DNA of 62,000 nucleotides from Wallemia ichthyophaga EXF-994 (GCF_000400465.1 NW_008806280.1:20001-82000), one strand, 5' to 3'; positions 27,759 through 39,725 are shown, counted from the stretch's first letter. Numbers and translations are program-made. Notes: generated from the letters alone by a model not told the origin.

Positions 27759-28378
27759 TCAACGACGTAAAAACCTCTTTATTGGCTCAAATACAAATAC
27801 ACTGAATCTTGGGCTGTAGTATAAGCAAGCGAGTATTCTAACTGGGAGAAGTACCTGTGATAGGTCGGGAGTGAGAATTTTCACCTTTTGTGACGACACA
27901 CACTAACCTTGGTTATCGTGTATGCTGCTATGGCTTCAGAGATGTGTGCTGTGTATCTGCCACTGCCGTCCCACTTGTTCTCCTCATCTTGCCAGAGATT
28001 GTAGCGCTGTCTGAATCTGTCGAGACGACGCTCACCCTCCTCGCAAGCAGCACGAGTCCAGCTTCTTATGTCATTGGTGTTATCGCAGCTATCTGCTCCC
28101 CACAACCACTCTAGACTACGCTCGCCTACGCCGAACCAGTGCAACCCCCCAAAGATAGCAATCACGGGAAAAATAGCTGTCAGCTCGTGGAGAATGGCGA
28201 ATGAGGCGCTGAGGCTGATTGGGTCTGTGCCTGTGCGTTGACTGAGGTGTTGCAGGCGTTGAGTGTAGGTGTGAGTGCTCTTGTGGCGTACTTGGTTTGA
28301 TTTCGGTACTCTGGGTGCTCTAAGTACTCGAGATAGTCCAGATACTCCAAATCCCCGGAATCCAGTCCAAATCAGCAT
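27759..28378 (-). CDS. MRX11: FLILHELTA-family mitochondrial protein (Mrx11-like)
   Basis: Signature SFAILHELTAIFP, ...AYTITK|VLLPVRI. R/S-rich N-terminus. Last exon ends with TGA at 27759-27761. Confidence 0.85.
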
Positions 28379-28607
28379 CACTAACGCCGTGAAAGAGAGA
28401 GGGAGGAGAGGTAAGGAATTGAATGATCTAATATCCCAAGCATCTTTTATATACGCTCCATATTTTATATTCGATTAAATTAGAAAAATTTCGCCTTCAA
28501 ATTTAATAGTCTTCCTAACTTCCCTCTTAGCGACCGACGACTCAAATCACGAGTGAGGGAGGGTTTAAATAGCGTTGGGCGTTACTCACACTGCACTCAC
28601 AGCCAGG

Positions 28608-29148
28608 ATGTCTTCTGCAGCCCACGCCAACCCAGCATTCTCCAAGAAGAACAAAGGTTCCGAAGGTATCAACTCAAAGCTTCAGCTCGTTGTCAAGTCG
28701 GGCAAGTACACGCTCGGCTACAAGTCTGCATTGAAGCAATTGAGATCTGGCAAGGGTGAGTTTTGATTATTATAAGAATACTCAGTCGATTATCTGGCAT
28801 CGCACAGCGTGACTCAAGGTCGCTGCTAGAACTGGAGCCTCTGTTAATCACATTTGGCTGAGAAGGTTCTCTCTTACTCCCCACTAACACTCTCTCTCAG
28901 CCAAGCTCGTCCTCATCGCAGGCAACTGCCCACCTTTGCGCAAGTCTGAGCTCGAGTACTTTGCCATGCTTTCAAAGACAGCTGTTCACCACTACTCGGG
29001 CTCAAACGTCGCCCTCGGTACCGCTGCTGGTAAGCTTTTCCGCGTCGGTGTCCTCACCATCCAAGACCAAGGTGACTCTGACATTGTGAGTTGAAAATTT
29101 TACCCCTTTCTATGTCTTACACACCAACAGCTCTCATCATTCGAATAA
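28608..29148 (+). CDS. RPL30: 60S ribosomal protein L30 (eL30)
   Basis: [19 protein letters not shown]...LRSGK|[24 protein letters not shown]. Introns at 28553-28602 (5' UTR), 28756-28900 and near 29087-29130. Confidence 0.97.
28828..28870 (+). promoter_or_regulatory. Kink-turn RNA motif in RPL30 intron 2; putative L30 autoregulatory site
   Basis: 5' arm AGAAC-U-GGA-GCC and 3' arm GGC-UGA-GAA-G-GUUCU give a 3-bp C-stem, a 3-nt bulge, tandem G.A/A.G pairs and a 5-bp NC stem. It ends 13 nt before the CTAAC branch point. Confidence 0.8.
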
Positions 29149-29280
29149 GTTTGTTGATTGATTTGTAACTGGAGTCATTTATTGGATTGAGTCGAATACG
29201 AAGAGGTGTGTTTTGAGTGTTTATACTCCCGAGTGCCATGTCTTTTAGCTATAATGTCGAATAAATAAATACAAGTGCTT

Positions 29281-30211
29281 CTAAGAAAACTTCCATCTGT
29301 TGTTACACACCGTGCACGTAACAAACGTAGTCATTGGCTCATCCGCCGATCGCGTCTGCATTTGATAGTAGGTACACTTCCTCTGCTTGCATCTACCGCA
29401 TTTGAATGAATCTGTCTCAGCTTGCTGTGGACCAGCGCCTCTAGCCTTGAATAAGTTATTCAACTCCAAAGCTCTATCCTGCTGTTTACGCTCCTCGGAA
29501 GCCATATCGCCTGAGGACATTCTACAGAAGATATCTGCAGGAGTATCACCGGAAATAACTGCAGCTCTAAGGGTAGGATTCTTCTTGTCTTTGAGGTTGA
29601 GCATCAGTGAGCGAATCTTTTTTTTATAGTCTTCTGCAGTGGAACCATTGTTATCATCGAGGACAGTGACTTCAATTGCGAGAGCTCTGTCCATAATAAG
29701 CTCAGAAGGTGCAGACGAGTCGAACACCATAGCATTGTAAAGCAAAGAGAGACAGGTATCGCGTGTTTTGTCGTTAAGTTTCTCGAAATCGACGTTATCA
29801 GTTTTACCTGAGCGTGGTTTGTCGTTTGTGGTGGTATTGGCTGTGGGACTAGACTCAGAAACTTCCTTGGGCTTCTTGGTAACATCATTCTTCCATTTCT
29901 TAACAATTTCCTTGGCTAAGTCGCTAATCTGCCTATTTTCATGGGAGCGCAGCTTACCCACAGCCAAACCAACTTTAGTTTCCTGGGATTGGATATAATG
30001 AGAACAAGGCGATTGAATACATCAAAACACACCCTTATGATATCCTCTGTAGCCGTTAATTCCTCTTTCAACGCCTTGAGTATCTCTATCATCACCTGCA
30101 ATTCCATTAGAGGGTACAACAACAACAACGGCCAATACACACGTCACTCTTCCCAGACGCCTGAGAAGCCTGCAATTCAGTTCTCAGCTTGTTCACCGTT
30201 TTCACGTCCAT
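29281..30211 (-). CDS. DST1: Transcription elongation factor TFIIS
   Basis: C-terminal Zn ribbon FKCGRCKQRKCTYYQMQTRSADEPMTTFVTCTVC. N-terminal LW domain spread over two short upstream exons. Confidence 0.96.
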
Positions 30212-30263
30212 TTTCGTGGTGGTGGAAGTCAACGACTCCTCTCTACCTTCACCAAGAAGCCCA

Positions 30264-30669
30264 ATGAGATTAGAAAAATTAGCAAAATTATCTTTCAGGT
30301 TTCCAACCAACGTACAGCCATTAGAGAGGCGTTTCCAATCAGGTCTTCTTGACGGCCGTAATCGTCAAAGTGGTTATAACGTTTCATTTTCAGAGGTGTG
30401 TTTGGGTTTATAAAGGGTTTAGCACCTCTAATACACCCTAGCGACACACCAGAAGAAGCTGGTATCCAAATATTCAAAATAAGCGTCTATTCTCAGATAC
30501 TCTACAGGACTTTGTGAAGATGAAAGTATCTACAAAGGCCTTACGTAGTATTGATAGATTTGGTGGTTTAGACAATTACCTCCTCAAAACAAGCGATGAC
30601 AAACTCGGTTTATATGGTAGAGCATTGCGGAGGTCTATCCTCGACAAGCAGCTTGTTGGAAAACAATAA
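30264..30669 (+). CDS. MRPL24: Mitochondrial ribosomal protein bL28m (only partly visible in the ORF track)
   Basis: GLLDG....SGYNVSFSE|RHTRRSWYPNIQNKRLFS...KVSTKALRSIDRFGGLDNYLL. Intron 30396-30441. Confidence 0.88.
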
Positions 30670-30702
30670 AAATTATGCATAAAATCATTTCATCTACTTT
30701 AT

Positions 30703-31662
30703 CTACTTTACTTGTGCCCTTCTCTTTCCAATTTGCGCTTGGAATCCTGATTTGATTGCTGCAACTGATCTACGCGATCCACAAGACTCACATGTCATGA
30801 AGTAGAGTCTATTCTCCTTTGTTAGGTTAGTTTCTGGTGATTTGCATGTCTTGCAAGTGACATATTCAATGATATATCTTCTTAGCACATTCTCAATCTG
30901 CTTCTGTTGAAATCTACCTCTAATAACCAATCTTTGTGATCCATCGACGGAACCAGATGTACCCAACTCCGCAAATAGGAATTGTATCAAATGTTCTGGT
31001 TGTCTGTGCATCTTTTTACAGATATCTGCTATGTTAGCAAATGCTGTCTTCTTATTACCATCTTTAACAACCTGAGGTGGTGCAATGGTGTATCTCTTTG
31101 CACCGGTGACTAAGGCTGGGTTTTGAGAGTGAAGAAGTTTAAAAGTACGTGAAAGGAGTTCTTTGTACGTGTAGTCTCTTTCAGTACCCAACCAAGGTTC
31201 ACCATTGTCATTTGATGATTCTGAGAGTGGGTCTAAACCATTTCCAGCGGTATCACCAGCTGTTTCACCACTCTCACCTTGGATCTGGGCATTTGAAGAG
31301 CTTCCTTGGTCTAATTCCTTATCGAAAGCATCCAAATCAAAAGCTTTCTTCTTGCTGCTGCTCTTCTTTTTCTTTTTCAAGTCTGAGAATTCATCTGGTT
31401 GATCTTCTTCTTGAACTGGGGAATGCTCTGGCTGCTCAGATTTCTCAGATATCTCACCCTTTTCACTCTTATCAGACTTCTTTTTAGATTTCTTTTTTAA
31501 TCCAGAGAATAAATCTGATTCTTCTGCACCTTCTGGGGTGTCTGCTTGTCCAGCCTGAGCGTCTAAATCATCAAAATTTACAGCTTTCTTTTTCTTCTTC
31601 TTCAAAGCTGGATCAATTGAAAGATCTTGGTCTTGTTTGGTTGGAACGTGTGCGTCTGTCAT
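30703..31662 (-). CDS. SUI3: Translation initiation factor eIF2 beta
   Basis: Three poly-Lys boxes, [15 protein letters not shown], and C2-C2 zinc finger CKTCKS...CESCGS. Confidence 0.97.
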   Translation of the reverse strand: MTDAHVPTKQDQDLSIDPALKKKKKKAVNFDDLDAQAGQADTPEGAEESDLFSGLKKKSKKKSDKSEKGEISEKSEQPEHSPVQEEDQPDEFSDLKKKKKSSSKKKAFDLDAFDKELDQGSSSNAQIQGESGETAGDTAGNGLDPLSESSNDNGEPWLGTERDYTYKELLSRTFKLLHSQNPALVTGAKRYTIAPPQVVKDGNKKTAFANIADICKKMHRQPEHLIQFLFAELGTSGSVDGSQRLVIRGRFQQKQIENVLRRYIIEYVTCKTCKSPETNLTKENRLYFMTCESCGSRRSVAAIKSGFQAQIGKRRAQVK

Positions 31663-31846
31663 GAGGTGGCTTAAAAACAGTGTTGGTCGCTGTGAGCTAA
31701 GGAGGGGAGAACGAATAAATTAATATTAACAAATTACTAGAATTAACCAAAATAACAGTACAAATCAATTTAATTTATTTTCATATTTCCATTTTATCGA
31801 TTTTACAAGTTGGTACAAGTTGTACTCCGACGACGACGACGACACG

Positions 31847-32749
31847 ATGCTTAGAGCGGCAACGACAATCAGACCAGCTTTAAAAACTTCAGTTCAGCCT
31901 GCAATGGCAGCGAGAACCTTCTCTTCCACCTCCCCTGCCGCTGAAACTCTCCGTGAAATTGAGCAACGTCTTAAATCCGTAAAGAACATTGAAAAGATCA
32001 CAAAGTCTATGAAAATGATTGCCTCTACAAAGCTCACAAAGGCTCAAAGGGCTATGAACACTGCCATTCAATACGGCAAGACTAACAGTGAAATATTCGA
32101 CCAATCACAAGTCCAAGCTCCTGAAAACGCAAAGTCTTTATGGATTGTTGTTTCCTCTGACTCTGGTTTGTGTGGTGGTATCCACTCCTCCGTTTCCAAG
32201 TACACAAAGCGTGGTATTATTGAGGAAGGTAGTGAAGAACACCCAATCGTTATCCTTGGTGACAGAGCACGTAACCAACTTCAGCGTTCAAACCCAAGCG
32301 ACGTCAAACTCTCTTTCAACCAAATTGGTAAACAAATTCCAACTTTCACTGACGCTGCTGCCATCGCAGACACTATCCTCACTTCAGACATTGAATTTGA
32401 TCAAGTAAACCTCGTCTACAACCAATACACTTCTCAAATTGGTTACGACGCTAACACCATCAAAGCCTACACTGAGAAAATTCTCAGTCAATCTCAAGGT
32501 TTCAAGTCTTATGAGCAAGAAGAGGAGGCAACCAAAGACCTCGCTCAATTCTCATTCGCCAACGCTATCTACGCTGCACTCGTTGAAGGTCACGCCTCTG
32601 AAATCAACGCCCGTAGAAACGCAATGGACAACGCCTCAAAGAACGCAGGTGAAATGATCAACAACCTCAACCTCAAGTACAACCGTGGTCGTCAAGCCCA
32701 AATCACCAACGAGCTTATCGAAGTTATCACTGGTGCTTCTTCACTTTAG
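31847..32749 (+). CDS. ATP3: Mitochondrial ATP synthase F1 gamma subunit
   Basis: Presequence, then ETLREIEQRLKSVKNIEKITKSMKMIAS...ARRNAMDNASKNA..RQAQITNELIEVITGA. Confidence 0.98.
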   Translation: MLRAATTIRPALKTSVQPAMAARTFSSTSPAAETLREIEQRLKSVKNIEKITKSMKMIASTKLTKAQRAMNTAIQYGKTNSEIFDQSQVQAPENAKSLWIVVSSDSGLCGGIHSSVSKYTKRGIIEEGSEEHPIVILGDRARNQLQRSNPSDVKLSFNQIGKQIPTFTDAAAIADTILTSDIEFDQVNLVYNQYTSQIGYDANTIKAYTEKILSQSQGFKSYEQEEEATKDLAQFSFANAIYAALVEGHASEINARRNAMDNASKNAGEMINNLNLKYNRGRQAQITNELIEVITGASSL

Positions 32750-32983
32750 ACTTGATCACTTTATAGTACTTGTAGAGCGTGTCTATCTAAAATATCTTTC
32801 TTCAAATGAATTTAAACTAAATTTCAAATTAAATGGGATTGATTGAAAATTGGCATTTCATTGGCATAACCACGCTGTCTTCCCTCTTACCCACCCAAAT
32901 ACAAAATTCTTATACGCACAGCGTTACGAGCAGCGAGCATAAGAAGAAGAATTTCAATACCACCAATTAGATTTATAGGCAGA

Positions 32984-35236
32984 ATGAATCACCCAGAGCA
33001 ATCCAATAACTTGGAAGCACAAGTGCAAGCGCAACCACAGCCACAAGCAAACACCCAAAAACAATCTAAAAAGGATAAAAAGGCTTCAAATACCTCAAAG
33101 AATCCTATTGAAATGACCCCTCCTCCTGCTTACCTCAAAGAGCGTCTCGATATCTGGGACAGGCTTAAAGAAGCTGCAGACGCTGAATTAGCTTCAAAGC
33201 CAAGAGGCCCTATCACTATTACTCTTCCAGATGGCAAGCAGCAGCAAGGAACTTCATATGAAACAACTCCAATGGAACTCGTTAAAGCTATTGCTTCCTC
33301 ACTTGCAGATAGAACCGTTATTTCTAAGGTGAACGGTGCTCTCTGGGATCTAGAAAGACCTTTCGAACAAGACAGCAACGTTGAATTTTTAGATTTCAAC
33401 ACAGAGGAAGGTCAACAAGTTTTCTGGCACTCCTCAGCTCACGTTCTCGGTGAGGCTTGTGAGAGGCACTATGGCAGTCACTTAGCTGTCGGTCCTCCAA
33501 CTGACGACGGTTTCTTCTACGAAATGGCCATCCAAGACCGTATGGTGTATCAGGAGGACTACCAGCCACTTGAGCAAATTGCAAATAGCGCAATCAAGGA
33601 GAAACAGCCATTTGAAAGACTTATGGTATCTAAGGAGAAGCTCTTGGAGTTGTTTGCTTACAACAAGTACAAGCAGTACATCATCTCTTCAAAAATCCCT
33701 GACGGCACCTCCACTACCGTCTACAGATGCGGTCCAATGATCGATTTGTGTAGAGGTCCACACATCCCCCACACTGGAAAGATCAAAGCTTTCAATGTCA
33801 ACAAGCACTCTGCGTCTTACTTCCTCGGTGATGCTAAGAATGACTCGTTGCAGCGTGTCTATGGTATCGCCTTCCCTGACAAAAAGCAGATGGTTGAATA
33901 CAAGCACTTTATAGCTGAAGCTTCAAAGCGTGACCACAGAAAGATTGGCAAAGAACAAGAACTTTTCTTCTTCCATGAACTATCTCCAGGTAGTTGCTTC
34001 TTCTTGCCAAATGGTACGAGAATCTACAACACCCTGCTCGACTTTTTGAAAAAGGAGTACCATGCGCGCGGATACCAAGAAGTTATCACCCCCAACATGT
34101 TCAACACCAAGGTTTGGGAGACTTCCGGTCACTGGCAGAACTATGCCGAAAACATGTTTTCATTAGACATTGAAAAGGAGAAGTTCGCATTGAAGCCTAT
34201 GAACTGTCCAGGTCATTGTTTATTATTCGACATGCGCGACCGTTCTTACAAAGAACTACCGTTCCGCGTTGCGGACTTTGGTGTCCTCCACCGCAACGAG
34301 GCGTCTGGCGCGTTGACTGGGTTGACTAGGGTGAGAAGATTCCAGCAAGACGATGCGCATATATTCTGTCGCAAGGATCAAATAGAGAATGAGTTCTCCG
34401 ATCTGTTCGATTTCCTCGAGAAAGTCTATGGGATTTGTGGGTTCGACTTCAAGTTGAAATTGTCCACTAGACCCGAGAAGTATCTCGGTAAGGTAGAGGA
34501 CTGGGATCAGGCCGAAAAGAACCTCTCCAACGCACTTGAGAAGTTTGTACCTGGTAAATGGGAACTCAACCCTGGCGATGGAGCATTCTACGGTCCAAAG
34601 ATCGATATTACGATCAGTGATGCACTCAGACGTAACCACCAGTGTGCTACTATCCAACTAGACTTCCAACTCCCAGAGAGATTCAAGCTGCGGTACCGCA
34701 CCGGCAACGACGAAGACTTTATCCAGAACGATGATGGGTCTATTGAGAAGGGCTTTGACAGACCGGTTATTATCCACAGGGCTATTCTCGGCTCGCTAGA
34801 GCGTTTCATAGCGATTGTCACTGAACACTTTGGCGGCAAGTGGTGAGTTGTTGACGGCGTGATGGTGTTCACTACCTCTAACAGTTCCAACAGGCCATTC
34901 TGGCTGTCGCCAAGACAAGCCATCATTATCCCCGTTGCGCACAAGTACGACGACTACGCTCATTCCCTCCAGAAACAGCTGTGGGATAATGAAATTATTT
35001 CCGAGGTGGATGCTGGAGAGAACACGCTGCCCAAGAAGATACGTAATGCTGAAATGGCTCAGCATAACTTCATTTTCGTCGTAGGTCAGGAGGAGGTAGA
35101 CGGCAAGTCGGTCAACGTTCGCAATCGCGATGATGCTGGCTCTAAAGCTAAAACTCCTACTGTGCCTTTCGCCGAGGTGCTCCAGCAGATGGTGCGTCTT
35201 AAGGATGAGAAAAGACTTGAGAATAGGTTGTTTTAG
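32984..35236 (+). CDS. THS1: Threonyl-tRNA synthetase (cytosolic type)
   Basis: TGS domain, [40 protein letters not shown] and an anticodon-binding domain after an intron near 34843. Confidence 0.98.
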
Positions 35237-35351
35237 GTGGTGGTAGTAGTATTTTAATTTCATTCATTTCATTTCACTTTATACAATTTACACTTGACAA
35301 TTTCAATTTCACTTTCGCTTTCTGCGCTACTGATATTGCTATCAGTCACAC

Positions 35352-35675
35352 TTAAACATTGTTCTGTCGCCCCAGCTGGTCACTGTCGAGGCGTGGGTCC
35401 GCGGCGATATCGTGCGGGTGTTTGTGGTATTTCTTTCCATCACGACCGAGTGCGTCTTCCATGCGCGCGTCCGTGTGGCGATGTCCCGCTGCTTGTCCCT
35501 TGTTTGCGAGGTCATGTTCGAGGGAGTGCATCGCATCGCGAGGTGCCCTGGTCTCATTCAGTGGTGGTCCCTGCTTGATGAGGTCGTCGGCCATGTTGTG
35601 CTCTGTCGTTGCTGGCTTGCTTACGACTTGCGATGTTTTTTTGAATTTGTTCTGGTCGTTGGTTGTCGTGTGCAT
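35352..35675 (-). CDS. Small hydrophilic hypothetical protein
   Basis: GC-rich, charged H/D/R-rich reading frame (MADDLIKQGPP...HKHPHDIAADPRLDSDQ). The start is uncertain (ATG at 35594, 35675 or 35855). Confidence 0.45.
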   Translation of the reverse strand: MHTTTNDQNKFKKTSQVVSKPATTEHNMADDLIKQGPPLNETRAPRDAMHSLEHDLANKGQAAGHRHTDARMEDALGRDGKKYHKHPHDIAADPRLDSDQLGRQNNV

Positions 35676-35991
35676 CTGCGGTGTTAGATTGGAAGAAACA
35701 GTAAACCAGCGGGCGGAATAGACAAGCCCTCTGTTCTCACGTAACATCATAAATAAACTAACTGACGTAATTAATTGTTCCATCAAATTTTCACCCTTTA
35801 TCATCCATTCATATATCTTAGGCGCTTTGATTGTCCTGTTGTTTTGTATTAGCATATTCGTGAGCCATCTAGCTAAGGTGACTATCCCTCACGCTGAGAC
35901 ATCTGCACACACCACACCTTGAAAAAACCTCGTAAATCTAAATCTAAATGCAAAAGTATAGTACATAATCAGCAATCCGTGTTGAGTTACA

Positions 35992-37664
35992 TTACGCATG
36001 ACGCTTTTCACCAGGCTCCTCAAATGCCTGCTCCCTTCTAAACTCATCCTCTTCTTGTTCGCGTGTGATCTGCTTGCATACCCTAGATCTAGCTCTTAGC
36101 CAGCCACCAAAAACCAACAAAGTGAATGGGATGGAAGACAGTGCGAGCGCAATGAAACCGATTGTCGATGACGCCCATGGGAAAGACAGGTTATCGAACA
36201 TAGCGGTTGCGAAGAAAGGAAAAGTTGCACCAAGAAGATTTCTCAGTAATGCTTGTGCAGCTTGTGCAGATGAACTGTATTGCTCGTATGCGTCACCAAT
36301 GTAGGTGTAGACACCAGCGTAAATAGGGAAAATACCAAAGTTGACACCAATAACTGCAATCATCGATACCCATGGAGTGATCCATGGACGCGCTGTCCAC
36401 CCGAACATGAACTCGAACGCTCCGAATAACACAGCTCCGAGAGCTGCTTGGTATAGACGTGCTTCAGGTGGTGCAATATGCGTGACTGGATCTTTGCTTC
36501 TTTTGTAAAGTGCATTTTGACCAAAGTTGAGAAGCCATGCAAGGAATGCACCGATGAATCCACAAATCAACACGGTCCCGGACTCGCCTGTTGATCAGGT
36601 TAGACAGGGAATTTAAGGTAATCCAAACTAAAAAACCCACCCTGGTTGAAACCGTAGTTGACTTCGTATACATGTGGGGTAGCACCTGTGAAAAGGAAAA
36701 CCATGCCCCAGGCGAAACCAACCCACAGCGCCAAAGCCATAACGATTGGCTCGGTCAAAAGGTAAACAATAGGTCTAGCCAACGACTTTGACATTGCTCC
36801 TTTGAATGAATGTGCGGCATCTGTTTTGATCTTGAGGTCTGTACCATATGTCTTGTTGTAGTTGCGAACTTTCTTGTCGAGAATGACGTCATGGCGTGTT
36901 TCATCGAGGAGGAACATACACAAGAGGAAGACTGCGCCGTTCATCGCCATCTGCATCCAGTAAATGTTAGGCCAGTCGGTTTTGAATGCCAACCAGTTGC
37001 AACACAACGGACCGAGCGCGTTTGCAGTAAAGACGATGAGCGTGAATGTAGCCATGGCAACACCACGACCGTGATCACGATGGAAGAGATCAGTGATAAT
37101 ACCTGCGACGTGAGGACCCTCAATACTTGCAGCCAAACCCTGGAAAAGACGTGTGATGGATAGGGACTCGATGTTAGGAGCGAGCGCTTGCGGAAGGAAG
37201 AGGATAACGATGAGAAGAAGCAGACCGACAATCATTGGCCGTCTACCGTAGGACTCGGATAGAGGAGCGAGGAAAAGAGGTCCGAGACCCAAAGCAGCAT
37301 TGTAGGTGAAACTGGATGTGAGGAAGACGCTGCCGCTGATACCGAACTCTGCTGTGACACCTGCTTTGGCTGCTGAGTTACCTATAGAGAATGTGAGTAT
37401 GTAAAATAACCTCAACATAGCACATGGACCCACCTGAGAAAAATTTAGCTTTGAAGAATAAGCATGAGTGAAGCGTTACCCACCTGTTGCATTGAAGGCA
37501 GAAACAAAGTTGAGAAGAAGTGCCATGATATAACTCTTGGACTTCTTAGGCATTGACCATTCCCAAGGGAGCTCCTGCCCCACAAGCTCCAAGTCGATAG
37601 GCGGAGGATCGTCGTGGTTCTTGACTTCAGACATTTGGTCCTTCTTGAACTTGTCGAAAAGCAT
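35992..37664 (-). CDS. MFS multidrug transporter (DHA1 family)
   Basis: P.W..PKK motif, GLGPLFLAPLSESYGRR, LGP, ETRH..IL, EPI and PEARL motifs. Three or more exons. Confidence 0.9.
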
Positions 37665-38387
37665 AACAGCCGATTTAGAAGAGAAGAGTGTAACTGGCGG
37701 TATGAATGCGTGGGGATGACGAACAACCTAAATTTGGAAGGTTGTTTGTGGTGATTGTTCAGTGAAAACTTGTAACCGAGAATATATTTGTCTTTATCAG
37801 TGCCGCTCACGTGGTTATCATTTTTAGCTGGGCCGTACTCCGAGGACCTTGGCGAATAAGAATTTTTGTGTTGATAAATTATTATGTGCAAAAGTAGCAG
37901 TGTTTGACAATAGACAAAGAAATACCAAGACTAATGTTGCCAAGCAGCCAAGCAAACCCAAGCCTTACCCAATTCCATCTACGAAGAATTCGAAGATTTT
38001 CCGGACTTCTGAAATCTCTGATCGAGGTGGCGGCGGAAATCGCGGAGTTGCAGGGGCGTATTCATAGCTTTACATGGTAGGCTTTGAGCAGATTTTATCC
38101 ACCAAGTTCCCTATTACGTGTGCTACCCGCTTAGCCGAAGCGAGGGTATGCGAAGGTGCAGAGAATTGGAGCAACTGTCAGAGGATACAAAAATATCTTC
38201 TATAGCAAATCACATGCTTATTGTAGGATTTTGAGTGCAATAGATTTTACACCGCTTGTTCAGGTCTGTCGGGGGCAGTGAACGTGTACCAGACTGTACG
38301 AGCGTTACATGATCGACTAAGGCCTCAGGTCGATGAGCACTCCCTAAACATCCATCCAATGCCCGTAATATATCTTAGACCTTGACT

Positions 38388-39682
38388 ATGATCACAGCCG
38401 TCGTTTCAACGGCCGTATCTCAGCTATTGGACATAATTCTCAGCGCATATGTCTACAATGGCGAATTTCGGTATCCATTTTTCATCACTTTCACTGAATT
38501 TGCTATCTTGGCAGTATTTGCGAGGATTTACACCTCGATTCGCACGAGTAAATGTGCTGGGCGGGAAGCCAAGAACGACGACACACTCTCAGCCTCTCAA
38601 TATCCTCGAGTGCCCAAAGTTTCGTACCTCTTTACGCTCCTCTTGGCTGTTTCCTGGTTTCTTATGAGGATCTTGTTCAATCTGAGCCACGTCCAGGTCC
38701 GAATCGGGCGGGCATCTGAGGTGGGGGTGATGCTGTCAATAGTATTCTACTAACGTAAAAAGGCTGCCATCCCTTTTTTGCTACTACCCGCATGCTCTTA
38801 TTTTAATTTGATCCACATCGACGCACCGACCGCCGCTGTAAGCAGTACCACGTGAGCATTATTAATTCTAACACCCCTACAGCTTACTATAGCAAGCTCC
38901 TTGACTCTTATTGTTAATGGCGCTGTCAACGCTGAATCTATATCTGCCCCTGCCGTGCTCCTCCAAGTTGCTAGAGTTGTCGTACGTCATTGCCCTTATC
39001 ATCGCGAGGGTGTCTAACGATTCGTTGCAGTCGCAAGCTATATTCTTAACCTGCCTCAATAAAACAATCAAGGACCATCACAGGAATCCTATCTTTGCCC
39101 TCAATGCTTATGCTCCCTATGCTGCACTTATCTCTTTGATTGGCTCGGTGGCTTTCGAGGGTGCGCGTTATCTGCGCTTTCTATTCTGTCCGCTGACACT
39201 CATTACGTATTTTAGGAATTGTCCCCCTCCACGACCTGCCGATAATTGGTTTGGTGATTCTCTTGGAGAATGTGCTCTTCTTCTTAGCCAACCAGATATC
39301 AGTAGCCTTTTTGTTACACGTAAGTTTAGTCCAGTATATTGAAGACATATCTCAAACGACACAGAAATCAAATGTTATTGCCTGGTCTAGCGTTTCTCAT
39401 CTAATTACGGTGAGCTTAGTTTTAATATCGATGTTCGTAACAAAGCAAGCACTGCCGCTTGGACAAGCAGTCGTTACGACCTGCTCAGCCTTCTTATCTA
39501 TGTTGCTCCTCCGCACACAATTTCTGAAGCATGAGAAGGCGACTCCACCAACAACAAAGATTCACCTCCACAATCTTGCACCTCATTTGGACATTTCACA
39601 TGTCACTGGAATCCAACCGCTTAAAACACCACCAAATCTTAGTCGTACAAACAGCTCACAGCGTCTACAACATCCTCAATGA
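38388..39682 (+). CDS. Divergent TPT/nucleotide-sugar transporter family membrane protein
   Basis: Hydrophobic exons with FRYPFFITF..F and HRNP.F.L...AP motifs of the TPT/DMT fold. Exon boundaries are approximate. Confidence 0.6.
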
Positions 39683-39725
39683 GGAATAATTGATAACTTG
39701 TATTTTACACTGTATAACAATTTTA

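Noticed and set aside
28760-28865. Box C/D snoRNA in the RPL30 intron (TGATTA ... CTGA)
   Set aside because: Box C is degenerate, no rRNA-complementary guide was recognised, and the CTGA is fully explained as the K-turn bulge arm.
32833-32921. Upstream ATG plus a cryptic intron supplying a normal start for the ThrRS presequence
   Set aside because: The only candidate donor (GTCTTC) is weak and the join would be out of frame.
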